Positions 1 to 9,415 of a stretch of 64,000 bases of DNA are shown here, in pieces (position 1 is the first letter of the stretch; each line of letters begins with the position of its first letter). The notes under the pieces are model-generated. The model worked only from the letters and a program-made list of their open reading frames with translations. It was not told the origin of the DNA and did not search any database. The stretch covers positions 128,001-192,000 of the forward strand of contig CAWCXJ010000005.1 in assembly GCA_963799485.1 (NCBI GenBank). The letters are read 5' to 3'. The position numbers and the translations under genes were made by a program. Source of the stretch: an uncultured Trueperaceae bacterium. Its GTDB lineage: Bacteria > Deinococcota > Deinococci > Deinococcales > Trueperaceae.

Positions 1-18
1 ACGGACACTGAGGTGATT

Positions 19-2001
19 ATGCACGTAACGCTGCCCGACGGAAAACGCCTAGATTTACCCGACCACGCGACCGCCAAGCATGCCGCTGAAGCCATCGGCC
101 CCGGCCTCGCCAAAGCTGCTCTCGGCGCGACCGTCAACGGTCAACTGAGCGACTTATTCACTGAACTCCCCGACGCCGCTGAGATTTCTATTCTGACCAA
201 AAAAGACGATAAAACCATCCGCCTGATGCGCCATACGCTGGCGCACGTGATGGCGCAAGCCGTGACCGACGTGTTCGCCGCCGAGGGTCACGCCCGCGAC
301 ACCGTAAAAATGGGTATCGGCCCGGTGATTGAAAACGGCTTTTACTACGACTTCGACCTGCCGCGCAACCTGACCCCGGAAGATTTGGGCACCATCGAAG
401 CCCGGATGCGCGAAATCGTCAAGGCCAAACTGCCGCTCCGCAAGTTCGAGCTGCCGCGCGTCGAAGCCCTGGCTCGGTTTGAGAACAGAGACCCGTACAA
501 GCTCGAGCTCATCACCGACCTGCCCGAAAACGTCCCGCTGACCTTTTACGAACAAGGAGGAGACGAGGGTTTTACCGACCTCTGCCGGGGGCCGCACGTC
601 CCCAATACCGGCGACGTCCCGCCGCACTTCAAGCTGATGTCGGTCGCCGGGGCGTACTGGCGCGGCGACGAAACGCGGCCCATGCTCCAGCGGATTTACG
701 GCGTGGCGTTTAAGACTAAGGACGAGTTGGAGCATCACCTCTGGCAGTTGGAAGAAGCGAAAAAGCGCGATCACCGTAAACTCGGCCGTGAACTCGACCT
801 GTTTGCTTTTTCAGAAGACATCGGTTCAGGGATTCCGCTGTTTCTGCCCAGGGGTGAGATTATTCGTCACGAGATGGAGCGCTTTGTCCGCGAGGTGCAG
901 ACCAGCTACGGTTATCAGCACGTCTGGACAGGGCACCTTGTCAAAGAAAGCCTCTACGCCAAGTCCGGGCACCTAGCCAACTACGCCGAGTCGATGTTTC
1001 CGGCGATGGCAGACGAAGACGTGCGGATGCGGCTTAAGCCGATGAACTGCCCCAGCCACATGACCCTCTTCAACGCCCGTCAGCATTCCTACCGCGAATT
1101 GCCCCTGCGTTACGCCGAGTTTGCGACGCTCTACCGCTACGAAAAGTCGGGGGAGCTGAACGGTCTCACTCGTGTGCGTTCGTTGACCCAAGACGACTGT
1201 CATATCTTCTGCACCGAAGAGCAAATTCAAGAAGAGTTCGCCCTTGCGCTCCGGCTTATCCGCGAGGTTTTGGATACTTACGACTTCAGAGATTATATGG
1301 TGCAGCTGAGTTTGCGTGGTCGTGAAGGCAAGTACGTCGAGGACGAAGAGAAGTGGGAAAAAGCTACCGCTGCGCTGCGGCGTGCGCTCGAGGCTGAGAA
1401 CGTTCCGTATCTTGAGGCCGTAGGTGAAGCCGCTTTTTACGGCCCCAAAGCCGACTTTATGGCGCGTGACGTGCTGGGCCGTGAATGGCAACTTTCGACG
1501 ATTCAGGTCGATTTTATTCAACCGGAACGTTTAGGGTGTGAGTACGTCGCTGAAGACGGCTCCCGCAAAACCCCGGTTGTTTTGCACCGTGCCGTTACCG
1601 GTTCGACCGAGCGGTTTATGGGCGTGATGATTGAACACTTCGCCGGCGACTTTCCGCTCTGGCTCGCCCCCGAACAAGTCCGTATCGTCCCCATCGCTGA
1701 CCGGCACAACGATTACGCCGTAAAACTCCGCAAGCAGCTGTTTGACGCAGGTTTACGCGCCGAGACCGACCTCCGCAGCGAACGGATGAACGCCAAAGTC
1801 CGCGACGCCGAACTCTACAAGGTGCCCTACACCGTCATCGTCGGGGATAAGGAGATGGAGGCCGGGGCGGTGTCGTTCAGGAGCCGGAAAGAGCCGGAGC
1901 AGAAGGGGATTGCGGCGGCGGTGTTTATGCAGCACCTGAAGGTGCATGTGGAGGGACGGGCGTTGGGGGTCGTGCCGCTAACGCACTTAGAAACGGCGTA
2001 G
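19..2001 (+). CDS. thrS: Threonine--tRNA ligase
   Basis: N-terminal TGS domain, editing motifs RHTLAH and DLCRGPH, DHRKLG, LKPMNCP, AAFYGPK, C-terminal anticodon-binding domain. ATG at 19 preferred over GTG at 13. Confidence 0.97.
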   Translation: MHVTLPDGKRLDLPDHATAKHAAEAIGPGLAKAALGATVNGQLSDLFTELPDAAEISILTKKDDKTIRLMRHTLAHVMAQAVTDVFAAEGHARDTVKMGIGPVIENGFYYDFDLPRNLTPEDLGTIEARMREIVKAKLPLRKFELPRVEALARFENRDPYKLELITDLPENVPLTFYEQGGDEGFTDLCRGPHVPNTGDVPPHFKLMSVAGAYWRGDETRPMLQRIYGVAFKTKDELEHHLWQLEEAKKRDHRKLGRELDLFAFSEDIGSGIPLFLPRGEIIRHEMERFVREVQTSYGYQHVWTGHLVKESLYAKSGHLANYAESMFPAMADEDVRMRLKPMNCPSHMTLFNARQHSYRELPLRYAEFATLYRYEKSGELNGLTRVRSLTQDDCHIFCTEEQIQEEFALALRLIREVLDTYDFRDYMVQLSLRGREGKYVEDEEKWEKATAALRRALEAENVPYLEAVGEAAFYGPKADFMARDVLGREWQLSTIQVDFIQPERLGCEYVAEDGSRKTPVVLHRAVTGSTERFMGVMIEHFAGDFPLWLAPEQVRIVPIADRHNDYAVKLRKQLFDAGLRAETDLRSERMNAKVRDAELYKVPYTVIVGDKEMEAGAVSFRSRKEPEQKGIAAAVFMQHLKVHVEGRALGVVPLTHLETA

Positions 2002-2208
2002 TAGACGCTTCCTAATTTTGCGCCATAGTGGACGCAGCACACGAAAGTCGTCAACACTGCTCGGTTTGCTGAACTTGACCAAGGCGCATCTCCAGAAATG
2101 AGGTTCAGAGACTCTATTCTGCATGGATGCGCCTTATCTAACTGGGTATGGCTTTGTTGCCTAAATCAGTCTGAAGGTACCAGACCGTTGTGTAGACCAG
2201 CAAGCATC

Positions 2209-2975
2209 GGTAGTGGGTCATCAAAGACTGATAAGCTAAGGGATGGTCACTAAAGTTGTTCACTGCCGGCACTGCGAAAGCGACCAACTTGTCAAGAACG
2301 GTCATGCACCAAATGGCAAGCAAAAGTACCTGTGCCGAGCATGTAGCAAGTCCAGCCGTGAGAACGCAAGCGCCAAAGGCTATAGCGAACGGAAGAAAGA
2401 GGAAATACTGAAGTCTTACCAGGAGCGCTCGAGTATGCGCGGGCTGAGCAGAACCTTCGGCGTATCCAGGACGACACTAGCGAAGTGGCTTAAAAAAAGC
2501 CGAGACGACTCCGCCGCTCAGTACCACACTTATCACGCCCGACAAGCCTGAAGCGGTTCAACTCGAACTTGATGAAATGTACCCTGCCACTTCGTTTGGG
2601 GCACTTTGGTCATTCGTGCACCGCAAACACACCAAACGGTGGGTCTGGTTAGCGGTTTGCAAACAAGCCAAACAGGTCGCTGTGCTTGTCACAGGTGGAC
2701 GCGGCGTCGCTACCTGCCGCAAGCTGTGGAGCAGCATTCCTACTACAAACAAGGTACCGTGTTCAGCGACTTCCGGGAAGCTTATCAGGCTGTGCTCTTT
2801 GACAAACAACACCAGGCTGTAGGCAAGGACTCGGGTCTAACCGCCCACGTTGAACGTTTTGACAACCCCATTCGCCAACGTCTGGCTCGCTTTGTTCGAA
2901 AAACCCTAGCCTTTTCCAAGTCAGAACACCTGCACCTGATGTGTCTACAGCTGTTCTTAGTCCGCTACAACCTTA
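2209..2975 (+). mobile_element. Degenerate IS1-family insertion sequence (InsA/InsB transposase pseudogene); right end missing
   Basis: GGTAGTGG left end at 2209. InsA zinc ribbon (CRHC...VKNG...QKYLCRAC) and HTH at 2243-2500. A7 tract at 2492-2498. InsB motifs ELDE..LWSFV, WVWLA, SDF, HVERF..RQRLARFVRKTLAFSKS are split over two frames. No matching right inverted repeat seen. Confidence 0.85.
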
Positions 2976-3215
2976 GTTCGCTCCTTCGTGAAGGGCCGAC
3001 CAGGGGTCGAGGCCGATGTGGGCGCGGAGCATCAGCGAAATGGACAAACCGAAAACCATCAGGCCGAGGTTGAGCTGAACAAGTCTGCGCCAGAATGAGG
3101 CGGTGGCAAGTGGAGCAGCAAGACGGGACACGCCGGTCAGTCTAAGGCGGCGTTCGGGTTTTACGGGTTGCAACGGTAACGTCCCTGGCGTTTTGCGAGC
3201 GTTAGTTTCCGGCAT
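2973..3215 (-). pseudogene. Truncated YczE/YitT-like membrane protein (N-terminal fragment)
   Basis: RRLVQLNLGLMVFGLSISLMLRAHIGLDPWSALHEG matches the first repeat of YczE-type proteins; the ORF stops at the IS junction. Confidence 0.65.
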
Positions 3216-3412
3216 AAGTCGTAAAGCGCGGTTAGATGAGCTTAAGTTTCGCTTAAGCTTTCGGGCTTACCCTTAGCTCGTTGTTCAACAACTTAAGCTG
3301 TGCGCCTGGTGAAGTCAGGTGAGAGAGGGATAGTTTGGGCAAGGTTACAGTGTTGGGATCAAAACGGTATTGAACAAGCTGGTCGTTTTTTGTCTCGAGA
3401 GGACACAGAGGT

Positions 3413-4597
3413 ATGAAACGGTTTCGACTAACAGTAGCGGTTTCTCTGGCAGTTGGCCTGCTGATCTCAGCCTGTAGTCAGGCACCGGAAGCTCGTAAAG
3501 GGCTCGAGCCCCAGTTTGGCACAGCACTAGATGACTTTGCTATTGCCACCGCCTCGGATCCTAGACAAGGGCTTGTCTATGTAACAGGGATTGAGTCGGT
3601 CAACTCCAACAGTCTCGATGATTATAACCGTTTCCTCCGCCAGTACAACAAAAATGGCAAGCTGATCTGGAACAAGCGCTTTAGTAACATAGGCGGAAGT
3701 GGTGCATCCGTAGATAGTGCCGGAAACATCTATGTTCCGGGATTCAAAGCTAGTTCAGGTGGTGGTAAAGCAATTTTTGCCAAACTTAACACTTCAGGTA
3801 GGGTACTTTTTCAACGTGAACTTGGTCGTGGTGTAAACAGCATCGCGGGTTTTGAAGGGGATGCGCGCGGAAACAGTTATCTTTTGGGCGTTTCTAGGCA
3901 GAATGGAACCATTTCGGACAGCTCCCTTTACAAGTACGACAAGCAGGGTAAGTTGATTTGGAAGCAAACAAGTCCTAGCGGCGACAGTAGTGAGTATAAC
4001 TACTTCGTGCCAAACGACCTCGGCGTGGCTGGAGACGGCTCGGTCTATGTTTTAGGAAGCTACTACGATGACGATATTTATCTGCTGACCAAGTACAGTG
4101 GTGTCGGGCATAAGGTTTGGACGATTCAGGCGTGCCCAGCCAGTCCTGGCGGTGGCTCGCCAGCATTAGTGACAGCAGGGGCTAAAGACGTATACCTTGC
4201 TTGTTCCATTGCCGGCAACGTCTTTATCGAAAAGTACGACCGGAACGGTTTGCCTGTCTGGGGAGATTATCGTTATGCCGACGGTACGGAAGTGAGTGCT
4301 ATCGACGTTGACAGCAACGAAAATCTGTATGTTGCGGGTTCAGTCTTCTCACAAGATAATGGTTCAGACCCGGATTTGTTCATTAGCAAATACACGACAA
4401 ACGGAAAACTGAGTTGGAACTACGCGCCGAGACGTAAAAGCGCGGCAGAGAATGTATTCGGCGTTTCTGCAAATGATCGCAGGCGTATTTACATTGCCGG
4501 ATATACAACAGGTAAGGTCAACGGCAAAAATTCGGGGGGCGCTGATGCCTTCTTAATGAGGATTGGTGATAAAGGTCAAGAAGTCTGGGAGCGCTAA
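3413..4597 (+). CDS. Lipoprotein with SBBP-like beta-propeller repeats
   Basis: Lipobox LISAC; repeated D-S-x-G-N-x-Y-V and KYD-x-x-G-x-x-x-W units; GAGG RBS; lower GC than its neighbours. Confidence 0.8.
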   Translation: MKRFRLTVAVSLAVGLLISACSQAPEARKGLEPQFGTALDDFAIATASDPRQGLVYVTGIESVNSNSLDDYNRFLRQYNKNGKLIWNKRFSNIGGSGASVDSAGNIYVPGFKASSGGGKAIFAKLNTSGRVLFQRELGRGVNSIAGFEGDARGNSYLLGVSRQNGTISDSSLYKYDKQGKLIWKQTSPSGDSSEYNYFVPNDLGVAGDGSVYVLGSYYDDDIYLLTKYSGVGHKVWTIQACPASPGGGSPALVTAGAKDVYLACSIAGNVFIEKYDRNGLPVWGDYRYADGTEVSAIDVDSNENLYVAGSVFSQDNGSDPDLFISKYTTNGKLSWNYAPRRKSAAENVFGVSANDRRRIYIAGYTTGKVNGKNSGGADAFLMRIGDKGQEVWER

Positions 4598-4615
4598 CCA
4601 GCCTCGCTAAACAAG

Positions 4616-4644
4616 AAGCTCCGGCGAAAACCGGAGCTTTTTTT
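4616..4644. terminator. Intrinsic terminator between convergent genes
   Basis: AAGCTCCGG-CGAAAA-CCGGAGCTT followed by a T run. Confidence 0.8.
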
Positions 4645-6172
4645 ATTCCCACTCGATTGTCGCCGGTGGTTTGCTGGTGATGTCGTACACCACCCGGTTC
4701 ACCGTCGGCACACTGTTGACAATCCGGTTGGAAACCGTCGCTAAAAAGTCGTGTGGCAAGCGCGTCCAGTCGGCGGTCATGCCGTCGGACGAAGACACGG
4801 CCCGGAGCGCGACGGTGTTGGCGTAGGTGCGTTGGTCGCCCATGACGCCGACCGACATGATGGGGGTCAGGATAGCTAGAGCCTGCCAGGTGCTGTCGTA
4901 GAGTCCAAATTCGCGCAGCGCCGAGATAAAGATGTCGTCAACGCGCCGTAAAACCTCGAGCCGTTCCGGGGTCACCTCACCCAGGCAGCGCAGCGCGAGC
5001 CCCGGCCCCGGAAACGGATGACGCCCCGATAAAGCGGGCGGCAAACCCAAAAGCGCAGCGAGTTCGCGTACCTCGTCTTTGAAGAGCGTGCGGAAGGGCT
5101 CGATCAGCTTGAACTGCATATTTGCCGGTAGGCCGCCGACGTTGTGGTGCGATTTGATGTTGGCTGCGCCGTGTCCGCCCGCCGATTCGATCACGTCCGG
5201 GTAGAGCGTGCCTTGCGCCAGAAAGCGAATCCGGCCTTCGGCCTGCTTTTTCCTGACTACCGAATCGAAGACCTCGATAAATTCGCGCCCGATGATCTTG
5301 CGTTTTTGTTCGGGGTCTTCAACGCCTCTGAGCGCTTCTAAAAATGTCTCGGACGCATCAATGACGCTCAGGTTCATACCGACGCCGCGCAGCGCCTTTT
5401 CGACCTCTTGGGCCTCGCCGGTACGCAGCAGGCCGTGATCGACAAACACCGCTTGCAACTTGTCGCCGAGGGCGCGGTTGAGGAGCAGCCCTAAGGTGCT
5501 CGAGTCCACTCCGCCCGAAATCGCTAACAGCACCCGTTCGTCTTTGACCTGCGCTTTGACCTCACGGGTGAGGGACTCGAGGATTTGCTCCGGCGTCCAG
5601 TCGCGCGGGATCCCGGTGCGGCGCAGGAAATTCTCCAGCAGCGTGCGGCCCTTGGGCGTGTGCTGCACCTCCGGGTGAAACTGCATACAGTAAATCCCCC
5701 GCACCGGGTTTTCCATCGCCGCAATTTCGGTGTCGCGGGTGCCGGCGACCACTTCGAAGCCTTGCGGCAAACGCATCACCGAGTCGCCGTGACTCATCCA
5801 CGCCGTAAACTCACCCTCGACGCCGCTAAACAGCTCGCCCCGGTAGCCTGAAAGCTGCGCCTTGCCGTACTCGCGTACCCGGCTCGCCGTGACTTTGCCG
5901 CCCGCGGCCTGCGCGACGAGCTGCATCCCGTAACAGATGGCGAAAATAGGCAAGCGCGCCTCCAGGAGCCCGTGGGGAAGAACGGGCGCACCTTCGTCGT
6001 AAACGCTGCCGGGGCCGCCGGACAAGATGACGCCCCTGGGGTCTTGCGCCAAAATCTCGTCAAGCGTCGCGTCGGCCCCCAAAATGACCGAGAAGGCGCT
6101 TAGTTCGCGGAGCCGCCGCGCGATGAGGCGCGTGTACTGGGAGCCGTAGTCGAGTACGACGATACTAGCCAT
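4643..6172 (-). CDS. guaA: GMP synthase (glutamine-hydrolysing)
   Basis: [45 protein letters not shown]-terminus. Start taken at MASIVV. Confidence 0.97.
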   Translation of the reverse strand: MASIVVLDYGSQYTRLIARRLRELSAFSVILGADATLDEILAQDPRGVILSGGPGSVYDEGAPVLPHGLLEARLPIFAICYGMQLVAQAAGGKVTASRVREYGKAQLSGYRGELFSGVEGEFTAWMSHGDSVMRLPQGFEVVAGTRDTEIAAMENPVRGIYCMQFHPEVQHTPKGRTLLENFLRRTGIPRDWTPEQILESLTREVKAQVKDERVLLAISGGVDSSTLGLLLNRALGDKLQAVFVDHGLLRTGEAQEVEKALRGVGMNLSVIDASETFLEALRGVEDPEQKRKIIGREFIEVFDSVVRKKQAEGRIRFLAQGTLYPDVIESAGGHGAANIKSHHNVGGLPANMQFKLIEPFRTLFKDEVRELAALLGLPPALSGRHPFPGPGLALRCLGEVTPERLEVLRRVDDIFISALREFGLYDSTWQALAILTPIMSVGVMGDQRTYANTVALRAVSSSDGMTADWTRLPHDFLATVSNRIVNSVPTVNRVVYDITSKPPATIEWE

Positions 6173-6227
6173 GAAGTCCTTTCGCGTGTGCGGCAAGTTG
6201 AACTGTTTTTTGAACCCTTGTCACGCG

Positions 6228-7643
6228 TTAGATAAACTGGAGTACGAGCAGTACCAGCAGGGCAATGCCGAGCAGCGTCAAGAGAAGAACCCGTCGCCCG
6301 CCCCGGTAAAGTGTCGGATCGGGGGCGCGGTCGTCGATGTCGTCGATGACCTCGAAGTCGTCGGGGTCGTCGCGCTGCTCGTCGCGCCTGCGGCTCGAGT
6401 CCTTTTCGGTGCGCGCCGTACCGGCTGCGTTCGGGATAGGCTGAACCCGGACTCGAGGGGGTAGCGGCGCAGGTTCGGTCGCCTGGGTCGGCTGCCGCGT
6501 AACCGTCTGTGTAACCCTGGTTTGTGTGGTGGGTAGTACGGCGGGCGCGGGCGGTTTTGCCGCTGCAACGTCGCTACCTTCACTACCTTTAGCGCCGTGT
6601 TTGGCGTTGTGCGCCGCTAGACGTATTTTATAGGCTTCGGTCGCGTCGAGCTGTCTGAGCAGGTCGGTTGAACGTTGAGCTTCGGGTGTGCCCGGTAGCG
6701 ACCGCACGCTACTTACAGACACATTACTTACAGACACATTCGTAAGTGGGCTCGAGGGTGTCGGGGTTTCCGGTGTAGGCTCCCGCTGAGCGGGCTCAGG
6801 CACGAGTTTTTCTGCCGTCTCCCGTCCCGGTGATTGCGCTGTTTGCTGCCGCCGATATTCTTTGAGCTTAAAGGTTTTGGGGGGCAGCGTGAGGTTGCTT
6901 AGGTCGTCGCTCAAACCGTCTCGTTCTGCGCCCGGGTCGTCTTCAGCGTCGTCTTCGGCAAAGCGTTCGAACGCCGAGGTGTCGCGGTGCGCCTGCGGGT
7001 TTGGTTTCGGAACGCTGCCGCTAAAGGGATAGCGCTCTAGGGCGGCGCGCAACTCGTGGGCGTGGGGCCGCGCGCCCGGATCGGCGTTTAGGCAGCGGTC
7101 GAGAAGGTCGCGCAGGTCGCCGGGAAGTGGCCCGGAAAGGTGTTTGACCGTCCGCGCCCACGAGAAGATGTCGCCGGCAAACGACGGGCCGCTGATGCGT
7201 TCGGGCGCGCTGAATTCGCTCGGGCGTACCGGCCACGGCACCCCGTAGCCCTCGAGTACAAACCTGCCCGACTTGCCCCCCTCACGGTCGAAAAAGATAC
7301 GCTCCGGGGACAGGTCGCCGTGAACGACGCCCGCTTTGGCCGCGTCGTCGAGCGCGGCGGCGGTTTGCCGCAAAAGTACCTCGACGAGGGGCGGGGTAAC
7401 CGCGCCCCTCGACTTTTTGAATTCGTCCGAAAAAGCGCTGACGACCTCACCTGCGAGCCCGGTAAAGCTCGAGCTTAAAACCGGCGGGATAAAGTCCGAT
7501 CTAAGCTCGCTCTCTTTAAGGGTCGGTTCGCCGACAAAACTGTAGAGCCTGACCGGCAAGCCGTTTACCACGTCGCGTCCGGCAAACGTCTGTACGCCGC
7601 CGTGTTCGCCGATCAGTTCACTCGGTTGGTAGCGTTTAGCCAT
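6228..7643 (-). CDS. Membrane-anchored protein kinase-like protein (probable pseudokinase)
   Basis: HGDLSPERI, SAPE and DIFS kinase-fold motifs; long Pro/Thr-rich linker; C-terminal hydrophobic helix. Confidence 0.65.
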   Translation of the reverse strand: MAKRYQPSELIGEHGGVQTFAGRDVVNGLPVRLYSFVGEPTLKESELRSDFIPPVLSSSFTGLAGEVVSAFSDEFKKSRGAVTPPLVEVLLRQTAAALDDAAKAGVVHGDLSPERIFFDREGGKSGRFVLEGYGVPWPVRPSEFSAPERISGPSFAGDIFSWARTVKHLSGPLPGDLRDLLDRCLNADPGARPHAHELRAALERYPFSGSVPKPNPQAHRDTSAFERFAEDDAEDDPGAERDGLSDDLSNLTLPPKTFKLKEYRRQQTAQSPGRETAEKLVPEPAQREPTPETPTPSSPLTNVSVSNVSVSSVRSLPGTPEAQRSTDLLRQLDATEAYKIRLAAHNAKHGAKGSEGSDVAAAKPPAPAVLPTTQTRVTQTVTRQPTQATEPAPLPPRVRVQPIPNAAGTARTEKDSSRRRDEQRDDPDDFEVIDDIDDRAPDPTLYRGGRRVLLLTLLGIALLVLLVLQFI

Positions 7644-7812
7644 GCAGCTCAGCTTTGGCTCGGCTTGGGGAGCGCTGCAAACATAGAACACATCTCACCC
7701 GCCTAGTATAGCCCTAACCTGCCCTGCTCCGACCATGAACCTTTGCGCGCGTCAAACCCGGCAGGTGTTCTGAACCCTTGTGAGCGCAAGGCGAAAGAGT
7801 TAGCGTAACCTC

Positions 7813-8868
7813 ATGGCAGAGATTACCGAAAAAGCGCTTTTGGATGCGCTCCGCACCGTAGACGACCCCGAGCTGCACCGCGACCTGGTAAGCCTCGGGA
7901 TGATCAAACAGCTGGATTTCGACGGGAGTTCGGTAACGCTGACCGTCAACCTGACGACCCCGGCGTGTCCGATGAAAGCGCAGATCGAACGCGACGTGAG
8001 AACCGCGCTCGCCCGTGTTCCCGGCGTCGAGCAGGTCAACTTGTCGTTCGACGCGCAGGTCAGGGCTTCCTCGCAAAAAGAACTCCCCGGCATCAAAAAC
8101 GTCATTGCCGTCGGATCGGGTAAAGGCGGCGTCGGTAAATCGACGGTCGCCGCAAACCTGGCCGCGAGTCTGGCTTTGGAGGGCGCGGCAGTCGGTCTTC
8201 TGGACGCCGACATTTACGGCCCGAGTCAGGCCAAGATGTTCGCCGTCGAGGGCAAGCGCCTGATGGCGGACGACGAAAAACGCATCTTGCCTTTGCGCAA
8301 CTACGGCGTCAAGGTGATTTCGATTGCCAACCTGGTCGAAGACGGGCAAGCCTTGACCTGGCGCGGCCCGATTTTGCACGGTACCCTGACGCAGCTCCTT
8401 AAACAAACCGTCTGGGGTGAGCTCGATTATCTCATCGTCGATTTGCCCCCCGGTACCGGCGACGTGCAGCTTTCGCTGGCACAACTCGTACCGCTGACCG
8501 GCGCAGTCGTTGTCACCACGCCGCAAGATGTCGCGTTGTTGGACGTGCGCCGCGCCTATACGATGCTCCGCAAAACGCACGTACCGGTTTTGGGCGTGAT
8601 CGAAAATATGTCGTATTACGAACTACCCGACGGCAGCCGCGATTACATCTTCGGCGAGGGCGGCGCAGCCAAATTTGCCGAGGCTGAGCGGCTCGCGCTG
8701 CTGGGTCAGATTCCGATTACGCGGGCGATGCGTGAAGCGGGCGACGCCGGGAAACCGCTCGTGGTCTCTTCACCTGAGAGTCCGGACGCACAGGCGCTGC
8801 GTAAAGCCGCACGTATTTTAGCCGGTCAAATCAGTATTCAGAACCTAAACGCGCTGCCTGTTCTCTAG
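7813..8868 (+). CDS. apbC: Mrp/ApbC (NBP35-family) Fe-S cluster carrier ATPase
   Basis: N-terminal DPEL...LTTPACP (DUF59-like) domain, GKGGVGKS, DADIYGPS, DLPPGTGD, ENMS. Confidence 0.92.
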   Translation: MAEITEKALLDALRTVDDPELHRDLVSLGMIKQLDFDGSSVTLTVNLTTPACPMKAQIERDVRTALARVPGVEQVNLSFDAQVRASSQKELPGIKNVIAVGSGKGGVGKSTVAANLAASLALEGAAVGLLDADIYGPSQAKMFAVEGKRLMADDEKRILPLRNYGVKVISIANLVEDGQALTWRGPILHGTLTQLLKQTVWGELDYLIVDLPPGTGDVQLSLAQLVPLTGAVVVTTPQDVALLDVRRAYTMLRKTHVPVLGVIENMSYYELPDGSRDYIFGEGGAAKFAEAERLALLGQIPITRAMREAGDAGKPLVVSSPESPDAQALRKAARILAGQISIQNLNALPVL

Positions 8869-8914
8869 CTTGCCCGTCTAGCTTACAAGGTATACAGTCT
8901 GCTATACTTCGGGA

Positions 8915-9208
8915 GCGTTGAGCGGGAAGAGTAACCCGGCGATGCCCGACAGAGAACCCAGGTGACGCGCTGAGAGCCTGGGCCGGGAGCCGTGTGAACG
9001 TCGCCCGTGAGCAGGGGAAGAAAGACGTTATTCGTGTCTGAGTAACGTTTATTAGACCCCCCGGTGGCTGCCCGTTTGCAGTCTGAATGAAGTGCTTAGA
9101 GGTATCATCTCTAACGGATACTTTTAAGAAATGCGGTGGTACCGCGGGGTTCGCCTCGTCCGCAAAGCCCACATTTACGCTTGGGCCACATGCGGAGGAG
9201 GTTTTTTT
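8915..9208 (+). ncRNA. T-box riboswitch leader (valine) upstream of valS
   Basis: AGTA/GAA loop-E, AGAGA and GCTGAGA apical motifs, specifier GTC (Val) at 9000-9002, T-box GGTGGTACCGCG at 9135-9146, terminator ending in T7. Extended -10 TGCTATACT at 8900-8908. Confidence 0.93.
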
Positions 9209-9415
9209 GTGGCGACTCAACCATCAGCCGGTACCAACAAAGACGAGTTCGGTGAACTGTACAGGCTCGAGCACACCCGATCGTTCACCCCGAAGAGAAC
9301 AGGGCGCGAGGTTTTTGCATAGATATGCGCTCGTTTACTATAACTTTTAAGCGCCTACGGCTAAGACATCAGTCAGTCCCGCTTTTTACTCATTTCGAGA
9401 TTAAGGAAGTTTGAC

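Noticed and set aside
3234..3300. Three CTTAAG palindromes upstream of the YczE fragment
   Set aside because: Short and irregularly spaced; cannot be told from chance.
7714..8580. Long antisense ORFs (also 15100-16008, 31735-32505, 40780-41580 and others)
   Set aside because: Shadow ORFs of GC-rich genes with no recognisable motifs.
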